41,928 nt of DNA from an uncultured Actinomycetota bacterium (GCA_964347095.1 CAYFXD010000118.1:1-41928), one strand, 5' to 3'; shown: positions 18,701 through 26,339, counted from the first letter of the stretch. Notes: a model not told the origin generated them from the letters alone. Translations and numbers: made by a program.

Positions 18701-19257
18701 TCTTGAGAGTTCAAACTAGTGCTTCCTTGGCTGAATTGGGGGAGAAGAGGGATGGTTCTACGCTGTGGGTGGGCGGGATCGTGACCAAGATAACACGCAT
18801 TACCACCAAAAAAGGTGATATAATGCTGTTCTTGGCCATTGAGGATCTGGAAGGATCGGCAGAGGTCATAGTCTTTCCCACTTTGTATCAGAAGTATCGG
18901 GAACTGGTGGAGGAAGACAAAGTCCTGCGGATCAAAGGCAGGCTGGACCTGAAAGAGGATGAAAAGAAAATAGTCGCGCAGGAAATCCAACTACTGGATC
19001 CGCAGGTAATGGAGCAGAGCACAGCACCCCTCTACATTCAGGTACCGGTGGACGGATTCTCCAGCCAGCTGATACATGATCTCAAGGGTATTTTGAAGAC
19101 CCATCCCGGTTCATGCCCAGTGTTTTTACAGCTCCGGGATGGAAACCAGATAACGACGTTAAAGCTTGGGGTCAATTTTCAGATAAAGCTGCAGGGTGGA
19201 CTGTTCGCTGAACTAAAAGAGCTCTTGGGCGAAGACGCTGTGTTTTTGCAGAACTAG
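15799..19257 (+). CDS. dnaE: DNA polymerase III alpha subunit (DnaE type)
   Basis: About 1150 aa. It has an N-terminal PHP domain (FVHLHTHSEYSLLDG), the polymerase core, and a C-terminal OB fold. AGGAG at 15784-15788 favours TTG 15799 as the start; GTG 15790 is the alternative. Confidence 0.92.
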   Translation: MANFVHLHTHSEYSLLDGAARLKDMIQRAKELQMPALALTDHGSMYGVIAFYETALEEGIKPIIGCEVYVAPKSRFDKSPRKEDAPFHLVLLAEANEGYKNLMKICSLGFVDGFYYRPRIDKEVLREHHQGIIALSGCISGEIARLIQAQTLEQARCVAREYQSIFGRDNFFIELQNQKLEEQEAINQELVRIAKELDIPMVATNDSHYTFKSDHVAHDVLLCIQTGSTLDEQDRLKFGSEEFYLKSREEMAEAFPQHPEALDNSVAIADRCNVEIDFGKIYLPRFEIPAGTNLYTYLAKLCREGLERRYGHIMPEVEQRLNHELSVIEQTGFGDYFLVVWDFVNYARKNGIRVGPGRGSAAGSIVSYGLGITSLDPIKHGLLFERFLNPERITMPDIDIDFCYERRDEVIEYVTEKYGQDKVAQIITFGTMAARAAIRDAGRVFNVPYGQVDRIAKMIPEMPGTTIEDALRISSDLAQEYEENEVTRKIIDTARALEGLARQDSIHAAGVVISVDSLTNYTPIQRKGDAETVTQYCMDDIKQIGLLKMDFLGLRTLTVIDNAMQIIKRTRDKEVQIDEIDFEDKKTFQMLRKGQSIGVFQLESSGMRSLLKDLQPTTFEDIINLLALYRPGPLGSNMVKDFVDRRHGRQSISYLHPLLEPILRDTYGIIVYQEQVMKIASELAGFTMSEADIFRAAMSKKKPEVLAEQREKFIGGAISKGISQDTAGEVFDLMVHFAGYGFNRSHSAAYAVISFQTAFLKANCRVEFMAALLTSIMSNKDKVAQYINECRRLGIGILPPDVNESFRGFTVVNDPASGKQSIRFGLSAVRNIGDNAIESIIAARKNKGNFANLQDFCEKVEMSVINKRALESLIKCGAFDFCGMSRKYMLGIYEQAIEAGLRRQKDIQAGQFTFFDLGSAEESGQLTEYLISENEAGNEFAKDQLLSYEKEMLGLYVSDHPLLGLENILRVQTSASLAELGEKRDGSTLWVGGIVTKITRITTKKGDIMLFLAIEDLEGSAEVIVFPTLYQKYRELVEEDKVLRIKGRLDLKEDEKKIVAQEIQLLDPQVMEQSTAPLYIQVPVDGFSSQLIHDLKGILKTHPGSCPVFLQLRDGNQITTLKLGVNFQIKLQGGLFAELKELLGEDAVFLQN

Positions 19258-19261
19258 GTAT

Positions 19262-19432
19262 TGAGGAAAAAAGGGCAAATGAGGGAAAATGAGGGAAAAG
19301 CAAGTTTGGCATTGTGGGGCCTTCACCTTGCTCGGCGTAAACTCGCGACCAAGAGTCTCAAGGGAAAACCCGCATGAAAACGAATTTGTCAATTCTTTGA
19401 TGTTTCTTACATTCCTTGATCTTCCCTAATAT
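19262..19432. repeat. Family F palindromic spacer repeat, copy F1 (dnaE-hisD spacer)
   Basis: The left arm is GGGCAAATGAGGGAAAATGAGGGAAAAGCAAG. The right arm is CTTACATTCCTTGATCTTCCCTAATATGG. GATCTTCCCT and CTTAC(A/G)TTCCTTGA are shared with F2. Confidence 0.55.
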
Positions 19433-19453
19433 GGCCTAAAAGCAAGGAGCACA

Positions 19454-20749
19454 ATGCTGCCGGTTCGGAATTTGCCGGAAAATCTTGATGATCTGTCAAA
19501 AATCGGTTTTCTGCAGCACAGCCTGGATGATGAAGCCATGATGTCAAAGGTCAAAGCTATCATCAAGGCGGTGCGGGAAGAAGGCGATGAAGCTCTTGTG
19601 CGTTTCGCGGCTGAGCTGGACGGGGCAGAGCTTGAAATTGGACAGCTAAGGGTAACCGAGCAAGAGATAGATAAAGCCTATCAGCAGGCAGATCAAGCTT
19701 TTCTTGCGGCGCTAGGGACTGCCAGGGAACGGATTTATTCCTATCACCAAAATCAAAAAGAAACATCTTGGTTTGTCACGGAGGCTGAGGGAGTGCTGTT
19801 GGGCCAAATAGTCCGGCCGATTCAGCGGATTGGGATTTATGTCCCCGGCGGCCTTGCCTCCTATCCCTCCTCGGTCTTGATGAATGTATTGCCGGCGAAG
19901 GTGGCGGGTGTCAAGGAGATTGTGATGTGCACGCCCCCATCGAGCACGGGGAAGGTGAGCGCTCACAGCCTAATCGCGGCCAAAGAGACCGGAGTGGACG
20001 AAATCTACAAGGTGGGAGGCGCCCAGGCAATTGCGGCTCTCGCATTTGGCACTGGCACCATCAAGAAAGTATTTAAGATCGTAGGGCCAGGCAACATTTT
20101 TGTGACGCTGGCCAAGAAACTAGTTGTTGGGGCAGTGGACATTGATATGCTGGCCGGACCAAGTGAGATAGTGATAATTGCTGACATGAATGCAGACCCT
20201 CACTACATCGCCGCGGACATGTTAGGCCAGGCTGAGCATGCACCTGATGCCAGCGCCCTCTTGATCACGACTTCAGCAACCCTTGCAGACCGGGTAAACT
20301 CGGCAATTATCGACCAGCTTGGTTGCTTGGGACGCAAACAAATTGCAGGCGGCTCTTTAGAGAAGAATGGCAGAATCTATATTGCTGAATCAAAGGAACA
20401 AGCACTGGCTGCGGCAAATGCCATCGGTCCTGAGCATCTAGAGCTCATGTTGGATGAGCCTTTTGCTTATTTGAGCATGGTCGAAAATGCAGGGGCCATA
20501 TTTCTGGGTGCTCACACACCAGAAGCGGTGGGAGACTATATTGCGGGACCCAATCATGTGCTTCCCACGGGAGGAACCTCCCGCTTTTACTCATCGCTCG
20601 GCGCATATGATTTTGTCAAACGGATGAATGTTCTCTTATACAGCCGATCAGGGCTACAAGAAGTGGGTAATGACGCCGAGATACTTGCTCAAGCCGAAGG
20701 TCTCGACGCCCACGCCAAATCAATAGAAGCGCGACTGAAGACGCGCTGA
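19454..20749 (+). CDS. hisD: Histidinol dehydrogenase
   Basis: 431 aa. It has the motifs [21 protein letters not shown] and [21 protein letters not shown] precedes the ATG. Confidence 0.92.
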   Translation: MLPVRNLPENLDDLSKIGFLQHSLDDEAMMSKVKAIIKAVREEGDEALVRFAAELDGAELEIGQLRVTEQEIDKAYQQADQAFLAALGTARERIYSYHQNQKETSWFVTEAEGVLLGQIVRPIQRIGIYVPGGLASYPSSVLMNVLPAKVAGVKEIVMCTPPSSTGKVSAHSLIAAKETGVDEIYKVGGAQAIAALAFGTGTIKKVFKIVGPGNIFVTLAKKLVVGAVDIDMLAGPSEIVIIADMNADPHYIAADMLGQAEHAPDASALLITTSATLADRVNSAIIDQLGCLGRKQIAGGSLEKNGRIYIAESKEQALAAANAIGPEHLELMLDEPFAYLSMVENAGAIFLGAHTPEAVGDYIAGPNHVLPTGGTSRFYSSLGAYDFVKRMNVLLYSRSGLQEVGNDAEILAQAEGLDAHAKSIEARLKTR

Positions 20750-20800
20750 TCCTGGATTTTCAAGGCGTTGTTTGGCTTCTGAAATCGCGTTGGCTGGGTG

Positions 20801-20855
20801 AGCGGTTTGCGGTTAGTGGTTTGTGCTAGCCGAACACTGAAGACCGCGCGCCGGT
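20801..20855 (+). repeat. Family A repeat, miniature copy A5 (outer arms only), upstream of the HAD gene
   Basis: GAGCGGTTTGCGGTTAGTGGTTTGTGC matches the A2 left arm GACGGTTTGCGGTTAGCGGTTGTCGG. The following AGCCGAACACTGAAGACCGCGCGCCG resembles the A2 right arm. Confidence 0.5.
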
Positions 20856-20879
20856 ACTTTTTTGGAGGTTTGAAACTGA

Positions 20880-21893
20880 TTGAGCAGTGAATATGAACAG
20901 AAGGACAGCGTTTTCCTCCGAAAAGATGCGGTGTCTGATCTAAGGAGAGTAGACAGTCTAGTACTGGACATCGATGGTGTTATCTTAGATGTGAGATCTT
21001 CATTTAGAGTTGCCATCAGCCAGAGTACGCAATTCTATTTCACCCATATTCTAGGTTGGACCGGCAAAGCTGTGCTGATTTCCCCGCCGGAAACACAATT
21101 TTTCAAACAAGCAGGGGGCTTCAATAACGACTGGGAGCTAACGTACGCAGCTGTTCTCTTCTTCTTGGCGAAGAGCGCGAAATTTGACAATCAGAATCTT
21201 GATTTTCTCAAGAATAGGGGAAAGTCAATCAAGGACTTTACCAAGGAGGTCGCACTTCGAGGCGGCGGATTGGATGTAGCTCAACAAGTATTATTATCAA
21301 CACAAAAGCCGGATCAAGTGCGCGAGATACTAGCAAAATGGGATAAGAACAAAATAAAACAGGTTTTCCAGGAGATCTATGGAGGAACAGATTACTGCCC
21401 TGTTCTCTATGGATTCGAGCCCGAATACGTGAAGGAGAAGGGGCTTATAAATAAAGAAAGGCCGCTCCTTGAGACTCAGGATCTGGCGTTATTCACCCCA
21501 AAGATTGGGGTTATAACGGGCCGCACAAAAGAAGAAGCAGCCGCAGCTCTAGAACTTGCGGGTTTTGTGGATCTAATCGGTAATGAAGTGGTATTGTCCG
21601 ATGACGGAGGCTTGACCAAGCCGGATCCTCGGATTTTGCTGGAAATGCAAAAACTCTTGGCGGCTGAGGTGGGCATTTATATTGGCGACACCATTGATGA
21701 TTTTATGACCGTCTCTAACTATCAAAAGTTAGCTGGCGGCAAGTCTCAAGCGAAGTTCTTGTCCGGTTTAATTTTGCCACAGGAATTCGAGATTCAAAAG
21801 TTCTTTCAGCTCGGTGCAGATGCAGTGGCTCAAGAACCGAAACAGATGCTAAATGTACTCTCTCAGTTCAGAAAAGGGGGCCAGAATGGTTGA
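20880..21893 (+). CDS. HAD superfamily hydrolase with a large cap insertion; candidate histidinol-phosphate phosphatase
   Basis: 337 aa. HAD motif I is LVLDIDGVILDV, motif II is GVITGRT, the motif III lysine is in LTKPDP, and motif IV is IGDTIDD. Its stop overlaps the hisB start by 8 nt (ATGGTTGA). The functional call is inference from context only. Confidence 0.7.
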   Translation: MSSEYEQKDSVFLRKDAVSDLRRVDSLVLDIDGVILDVRSSFRVAISQSTQFYFTHILGWTGKAVLISPPETQFFKQAGGFNNDWELTYAAVLFFLAKSAKFDNQNLDFLKNRGKSIKDFTKEVALRGGGLDVAQQVLLSTQKPDQVREILAKWDKNKIKQVFQEIYGGTDYCPVLYGFEPEYVKEKGLINKERPLLETQDLALFTPKIGVITGRTKEEAAAALELAGFVDLIGNEVVLSDDGGLTKPDPRILLEMQKLLAAEVGIYIGDTIDDFMTVSNYQKLAGGKSQAKFLSGLILPQEFEIQKFFQLGADAVAQEPKQMLNVLSQFRKGGQNG

Positions 21894-22476
21894 TCGCACA
21901 GCGGTTATTAAGAGGGATACCAAAGAGACCGTAATCGAGATTTCTCTGAATCTTGACGGCAAGGGGATTGCTGACATTGGCACAGGGGTGCCCTTTTTTG
22001 ATCACATGCTTGAATTACTGGCCAAACATGGCTTATTTGATCTTGAGATCAAAGCCAAAGGGGATTTGGAGGTCGATGCCCATCACACGGTCGAAGACGT
22101 GGGCATTTGTCTGGGTCAAGCGTTCAGACAAAGTCTCGGGGAGAAGAAGGGCATTTCACGGTTTGGCTCGGCCACTGTTCCAATGGATGAATCTCTGGTC
22201 TTGGTGGCAATTGATGTGAGCGGCCGCGGCCATCTCGTCTACGACGTGGATGTTCCTGCTGAAATGCTGGGAACATTCGATACCAGCCTGGTGATCGAAT
22301 TTCTTCATGCATTTGTCAATCATGCAGCTATCACCACCCATGTAAGACTGATCACAGGAAGAAATACCCACCATAAGGTTGAAGCTGTCTTCAAAGCACT
22401 GGCCAGAGCCTTGGACCAAGCAACAGCCATCGATCCAAGAGTGGTAGAGATCCCATCTACCAAAGGGAAGATTTAA
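21886..22476 (+). CDS. hisB: Imidazoleglycerol-phosphate dehydratase
   Basis: The protein begins MVDRTAVIKRDTKETVIEISLNLDG and carries the HHTVED and HHKVEAVFKALARAL motifs. AAGGGGG lies upstream of ATG 21886. It is monofunctional, with no fused phosphatase domain. Confidence 0.9.
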   Translation: MVDRTAVIKRDTKETVIEISLNLDGKGIADIGTGVPFFDHMLELLAKHGLFDLEIKAKGDLEVDAHHTVEDVGICLGQAFRQSLGEKKGISRFGSATVPMDESLVLVAIDVSGRGHLVYDVDVPAEMLGTFDTSLVIEFLHAFVNHAAITTHVRLITGRNTHHKVEAVFKALARALDQATAIDPRVVEIPSTKGKI

Positions 22477-22478
22477 AT

Positions 22479-22587
22479 AGAGATACGAGATACTGGATGC
22501 CGGATGATTTATAAAGACCGATGGTGAATGTACGGTCTACCAAGGTTTGATTATCCGGTGTCTAGTATCAAGGATCTAGAATCGAGT
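22479..22587. repeat. Family B palindromic spacer repeat, copy B2 (hisB-hisH spacer)
   Basis: The arms GAGATACGAGATACTGGATGCCGGATGATT and GATTATCCGGTGTCTAGTATCAAGGATCTAGAATCGAG are imperfectly complementary. The central loop contains the perfect 6-bp hairpin AGACCG...CGGTCT. Confidence 0.55.
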
Positions 22588-22593
22588 TAATAA

Positions 22594-23217
22594 ATGATCG
22601 CAATAATTGACTACGGGATGGGGAATTTGTTGAGTGTTTCCAAGGCGCTGGAGAGTGTGGTCTCCGATGTTGAAGTGACTTCAGATCCCAAAGTCGCGCT
22701 GACTGCGCAAGGGCTCGTTCTTCCTGGCGTTGGCGCGTTCGCAGACTGCATGCAGAACTTAAAATCATTGCAGCTTGACAACGTGATAAGGAAGTTTATT
22801 GAGAGCAAGAGGCCCTATCTCGGGATCTGCCTGGGTCTTCAGATTCTTTTCTCCCACAGCGAGGAAGGGGGACTTTCCCCGGGTTTGGGCATTATTGAGG
22901 GTCGCGTGAAGAGGCTGCCGGCCTCGGTGAAAGTTCCTCACATGGGATGGAATCAGATAAGCAAGAAAAAACCGGCTCCGCTATTTGAAGGGATCGCAGA
23001 TCAATCCAATTTCTATTTTGTCCATTCTTATTATGTCGAGCCGGATGATAAGGACGTCGTTGCCACAACCACCGATTATGGGATTTCCTTTACCTCAAGC
23101 GTTTGGCGGGAGAACATCTACGGAGTGCAGTTTCACCCTGAGAAAAGCAGCCAGCTGGGGCTCCACGTGCTTCATGATTTCGGAAGGGTAGTCTATGATA
23201 ATATATCCGGCTGTTGA
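22594..23217 (+). CDS. hisH: Imidazole glycerol phosphate synthase, glutamine amidotransferase subunit
   Basis: 207 aa. It begins MIAIIDYGMGNL and has the catalytic GICLGLQ and FHPEKS motifs. Confidence 0.9.
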   Translation: MIAIIDYGMGNLLSVSKALESVVSDVEVTSDPKVALTAQGLVLPGVGAFADCMQNLKSLQLDNVIRKFIESKRPYLGICLGLQILFSHSEEGGLSPGLGIIEGRVKRLPASVKVPHMGWNQISKKKPAPLFEGIADQSNFYFVHSYYVEPDDKDVVATTTDYGISFTSSVWRENIYGVQFHPEKSSQLGLHVLHDFGRVVYDNISGC

Positions 23218-23917
23218 TATTCGAGGCGGCAAGTGCGTTCGCTTATACCAAGGTGAATTCGACAAAGAGAAGATCTATTCGGCAGAGCCACACCGGATGG
23301 CACAGAAATGGGAGAGTGACGGAGCTGAGTTTCTGCATCTGGTGGATCTGGACGGAGCACGAACGGGGGTGCCTCAGAATCTCGAAGCCGTTGGCAAGAT
23401 CATTGACACAGTAGGGATCCCGGTTCAGCTTGGCGGCGGCATCAGGACTCTTGCCTCTCTGGAAAAGGTGTTGGATTTGGGTGTGACAAGGGCAATCTTG
23501 GGAACGGCGCTGGTCAAAGACAGTGATTTTGTTCAAGCCGCCGTCGAGAAATTCGGTGACCGTGTGGTGGCCGGGATAGATGCCAGGCGTGGGAAGGTCG
23601 CCGTGGACGGCTGGCACCGAACAACAGAAGTGGGAACAGTCGAGCTGGCTCAAGAGCTGCAGTCTTTGGGCATAGAACATCTTATATACACGGACATCCT
23701 CTCTGACGGGGCGCTGCAAGGCATACATCTCGAAGGATTTAGGAACTTGGCTCTAAACCTGGAAATCTCCATAATCGCGTCCGGGGGCGTCACCACTCTC
23801 GATGATATTATGCAGCTAAAGGAGCTTGAGCCAATGGGGGTCGACGGGATTATCATTGGCCGGGCACTATATGAGCAAGTAGTCTCTCTGAAAGAAGCAA
23901 TTGAAGCAGCAAAATAA
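23195..23917 (+). CDS. hisA: 1-(5-phosphoribosyl)-5-[(5-phosphoribosylamino)methylideneamino]imidazole-4-carboxamide isomerase
   Basis: 240 aa. It has MIIYPAVDIRGGKCVRL, the VQLGGGIR motif and a C-terminal GIIIGRALY. It overlaps the hisH end by 23 nt. Confidence 0.9.
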   Translation: MIIYPAVDIRGGKCVRLYQGEFDKEKIYSAEPHRMAQKWESDGAEFLHLVDLDGARTGVPQNLEAVGKIIDTVGIPVQLGGGIRTLASLEKVLDLGVTRAILGTALVKDSDFVQAAVEKFGDRVVAGIDARRGKVAVDGWHRTTEVGTVELAQELQSLGIEHLIYTDILSDGALQGIHLEGFRNLALNLEISIIASGGVTTLDDIMQLKELEPMGVDGIIIGRALYEQVVSLKEAIEAAK

Positions 23918-23921
23918 CAAG

Positions 23922-23996
23922 GCGGGATGCGGGATATTGGATAAAATACTCTATTTTCTATCAAGCATCTTGAATCGAGTATCGTGTATCAAGTGC
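23922..23996. repeat. Family B spacer repeat, copy B3 (hisA-hisF spacer)
   Basis: ATCAAGCATCTTGAATCGAGTATCGTGTATCAAGTGC closely parallels the reverse complement of B1 (ATCAAGCTCTTGATCGAGTATCAAGGATCAAGTATC). Confidence 0.55.
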
Positions 23997-24055
23997 CTCT
24001 CGTAGCTGTTGAGCGGGTTCCGTACGACACGAACCATGGATGAAAAGATGAGGAA

Positions 24056-24868
24056 ATGCTTACCAAGCGGATTATTCCCTGTCTCGACGTGGACAAGGGC
24101 AGGGTGGTGAAGGGAACAAGATTTGTGGACATCAGAGATGCCGGCGATCCTGTAGAGATGGCATCCTTCTATGACCAAGAAGGTGCAGATGAGCTGGTCT
24201 TTCTGGATATTACAGCCTCGCAAGAGGAAAGAAAAACAACGTTAGAAGTGGCACGACATACCGCGGAGCAGGTCTTTATCCCTTACTCTGTAGGCGGAGG
24301 AATTCGTACGACCGACGACATCAGGAATCTTCTGTCCGCGGGTGCCGACAAAGTATCACTGAACACGGCAGCGGTCGAGCATCCCGAAATAATAACGGAG
24401 GCGTCCAAAAAGTACGGAAGTCAATGCATTGTTGTGGCGATTGATGCTAGGCAGGTTCACGGTTCACGGTTGACCGTTCAGGGTAAAACCAGTTCGGCAG
24501 AGTCTTCCGCCGCGCAGTGGGAGGTTTATCTTCATGGTGGGAGGACGCCCACCGGGATTGACGCAGTTGAGTGGGCTGAGAAGGCTGAGTCGCTGGGAGC
24601 GGGCGAGATTCTTCTTACCAGCATGGACCGGGACGGCACCAAGGACGGTTATGACATTGCGCTCACAAAGGCAGTTGCGGAGTCAGTAAATATCCCAGTG
24701 ATAGCTTCTGGAGGAGCTGGAAAGCTCGATCACTTTTTTGCAGCAATAGACCAAGCGGGTGCCGATGCAGTACTCGCGGCCTCGCTTTTCCATTACGGCG
24801 AGCTGACAATAAAGCAGGTCAAGGATTTCTTGAGCTCAAAAGGAGTCCCAATCCGGCCACCGAAGTGA
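24056..24868 (+). CDS. hisF: Imidazole glycerol phosphate synthase, cyclase subunit
   Basis: 270 aa. It has [33 protein letters not shown] and IASGGAG motifs. It contains an extended loop at nt 24454-24516 with nucleotide similarity to the family-A intergenic repeat (see findings). Confidence 0.9.
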   Translation: MLTKRIIPCLDVDKGRVVKGTRFVDIRDAGDPVEMASFYDQEGADELVFLDITASQEERKTTLEVARHTAEQVFIPYSVGGGIRTTDDIRNLLSAGADKVSLNTAAVEHPEIITEASKKYGSQCIVVAIDARQVHGSRLTVQGKTSSAESSAAQWEVYLHGGRTPTGIDAVEWAEKAESLGAGEILLTSMDRDGTKDGYDIALTKAVAESVNIPVIASGGAGKLDHFFAAIDQAGADAVLAASLFHYGELTIKQVKDFLSSKGVPIRPPK

Positions 24869-24879
24869 AAAGCATGGGA

Positions 24880-25027
24880 GCAGTGGGCACATAGAAGAAG
24901 GCAAAAGAATACCAAGGAAGAAAAGCGGCAAAGGAAAAAGGAAGAGCGTCCTGTCATTTCTTGTCCCCGATCTTCCCTCATTTCTGTGATTTTTGCTTAC
25001 GTTCCTTGAGGACTGTTCCTCAAGGAA
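24880..25027. repeat. Family F palindromic spacer repeat, copy F2 (hisF-hisI spacer)
   Basis: The purine-rich arm GAAGAAGGCAAAAGAATACCAAGGAAGAAAAGCGGCAAAGGAAAAAGGAAGAGC is followed by the pyrimidine-rich arm CATTTCTTGTCCCCGATCTTCCCTCATTTCTGTGATTTTTGCTTACGTTCCTTGAGG. It ends in a perfect 11-bp hairpin. Confidence 0.55.
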
Positions 25028-25036
25028 AAGAAATTA

Positions 25037-25387
25037 ATGTCCGATAAAATCTCACATGGAGGGTGCACCTTGACAGAAGTGAAACTCAAATTCAACAAAG
25101 ATGGCTTGATTCCGGCAATCATTCAAGATCATGAGAGCCAAGAGGTACTAATGCTCGCATATATGAATGAGGAAGCTGTAAAAAGGACCGAAGAAACCGG
25201 AAGGACCTGGTTTTGGAGCAGAAGCCGTCAAGAGTATTGGTGCAAGGGCGAGACATCAGGGCACAAGCAGTTTGTGAAAGAAATAAGGTATGATTGCGAT
25301 GCTGATACACTGCTGGTCCTGGTCGAGCAGATAGGAGCTGCGTGCCACACTGGAGAAAGGTCTTGCTTCTATCGGGTTCTGACTTAG
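25037..25387 (+). CDS. hisI: Phosphoribosyl-AMP cyclohydrolase (monofunctional HisI)
   Basis: 116 aa. It has [44 protein letters not shown] and [10 protein letters not shown] motifs. There is no HisE domain. Confidence 0.88.
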   Translation: MSDKISHGGCTLTEVKLKFNKDGLIPAIIQDHESQEVLMLAYMNEEAVKRTEETGRTWFWSRSRQEYWCKGETSGHKQFVKEIRYDCDADTLLVLVEQIGAACHTGERSCFYRVLT

Positions 25388-25417
25388 CCTCCCGATCGCC
25401 GAAATTTGGAAAAGAGC

Positions 25418-25446
25418 TTTACAATTGAGAGTCTTTTTTTTATAAT
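25418..25446 (+). promoter_or_regulatory. Candidate strong sigma-70-type promoter for greA
   Basis: TTTACA (25418-25423), an exact 17-nt spacer, then consensus TATAAT (25441-25446). Confidence 0.6.
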
Positions 25447-25524
25447 GTTTTACCTGTATGTTTGAGGGGCACCCAGAATTGGGTGCTTATTGTATGAGAA
25501 TATAAACAAGGGAGCGAAACCACG

Positions 25525-26001
25525 TTGGCAAAGAAAGAGATTGTGTTAACAAGAGATGGCTACAGAAAGCTCAGTGATGAGCTCAAATTCCTTATGACCA
25601 AACGGCGGAAGGAAATCGCTGAACGCATAAAAGATTCTAGGGAATTTGGGGAGCTACTGGAGAATCCGGAGTATAACGATGCCAAAGATGAACAGGCATT
25701 TATTGAAAATAGGATTCGCCAGCTAAACGAACTGCTTTCCTTGGCTACTGTGATAGAGAGCAACAAAGTGAAAACTGGCAAGGTGGATCTGGGTTCGAAG
25801 GTGACCCTGAAGGACCTGGAAACGGGTGAGGAGCTCGATTATCTTGTGGTGGGATCAGTCGAGGCCGATCCGACAAACCACCGGATTTCCAATGAATCGC
25901 CAGTGGGACAGGCAATTATGGGCAAGAAAAAAGGCGAGGTAGTTAAGGTCGAAGCACCCCATGGGTGCATCGAATATAAGATTGTCAGAATAGACAAGTA
26001 A
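25525..26001 (+). CDS. greA: Transcription elongation factor GreA
   Basis: 158 aa, with the typical N-terminal coiled coil (LTRDGYRKL...AKDEQAFIE.RI..L) and C-terminal globular domain. It starts at TTG, with GGGAG 10 nt upstream. Confidence 0.9.
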   Translation: MAKKEIVLTRDGYRKLSDELKFLMTKRRKEIAERIKDSREFGELLENPEYNDAKDEQAFIENRIRQLNELLSLATVIESNKVKTGKVDLGSKVTLKDLETGEELDYLVVGSVEADPTNHRISNESPVGQAIMGKKKGEVVKVEAPHGCIEYKIVRIDK

Positions 26002-26027
26002 TCAATTCCAAACAACTCATAAACAAA

Positions 26028-26062
26028 GAATCACAGACTTGCGCTGTGGTTCTTTTTGTTTT
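26028..26062 (+). terminator. Rho-independent terminator after greA
   Basis: The stem is GAATCACAG / CTGTGGTTC (9 bp, including one G-U pair), with the 7-nt loop ACTTGCG, followed by TTTTTGTTTT. Confidence 0.7.
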
Positions 26063-26171
26063 ATGGTAAACTGTCCAAGATGCGTGACTTGGCCACAGAG
26101 CCTGCTTGTTTTGGTCAAAACTGCAAAACAAAGTCGGCCGAACTAGATATCCAAGAGAAATGGCGAGTGCC

Positions 26172-26224
26172 TAAGCCCGAATGACGAAAGAATGACCAAT
26201 TGGTGATGGCGGATGTCCACAAAG
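26172..26224. repeat. Family C repeat, short copy C2 (upstream of lysS)
   Basis: TAAGCCCGAATGACGAAAGAATGACCAATTGGTGATGGCGGATGTCCACAAAG contains the same terminal motifs as C1 (GCCCGAATG, AATGACCAA, TTGGTGAT, TCCACAAAG), with the centre missing. Confidence 0.55.
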
Positions 26225-26339
26225 AACAGTATTCTTGAGCTTATTAACTAGCTGTTTGAAACGGCGGGGATCACGTCGTGGCGAGCGTACACGCACTTCC
26301 CACGCATTAAGGTTCAATTATCTGCTGTGCGAGGTTTTA

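Noticed and set aside
26002-26339. Possible T-box leaders upstream of lysS, gltX (37365-37595) and cysS.
   Set aside because: I could not find the conserved T-box sequence (AGGGTGGNACCGCG-like) or a specifier-loop architecture. The hairpins present belong to the repeat families or are simple terminators.
26235-26339. N-terminal extensions suggested by the ORF track for lysS (26235). The same applies to disA (32548), ilvE (8424), the methyltransferase (12929), ispF (36861), gltX (37581), cysS (39134), carD (34366) and hisB (21853).
   Set aside because: In each case an internal start codon with a well-spaced Shine-Dalgarno sequence coincides with the conserved N-terminus of the family. The extensions have no conserved content.
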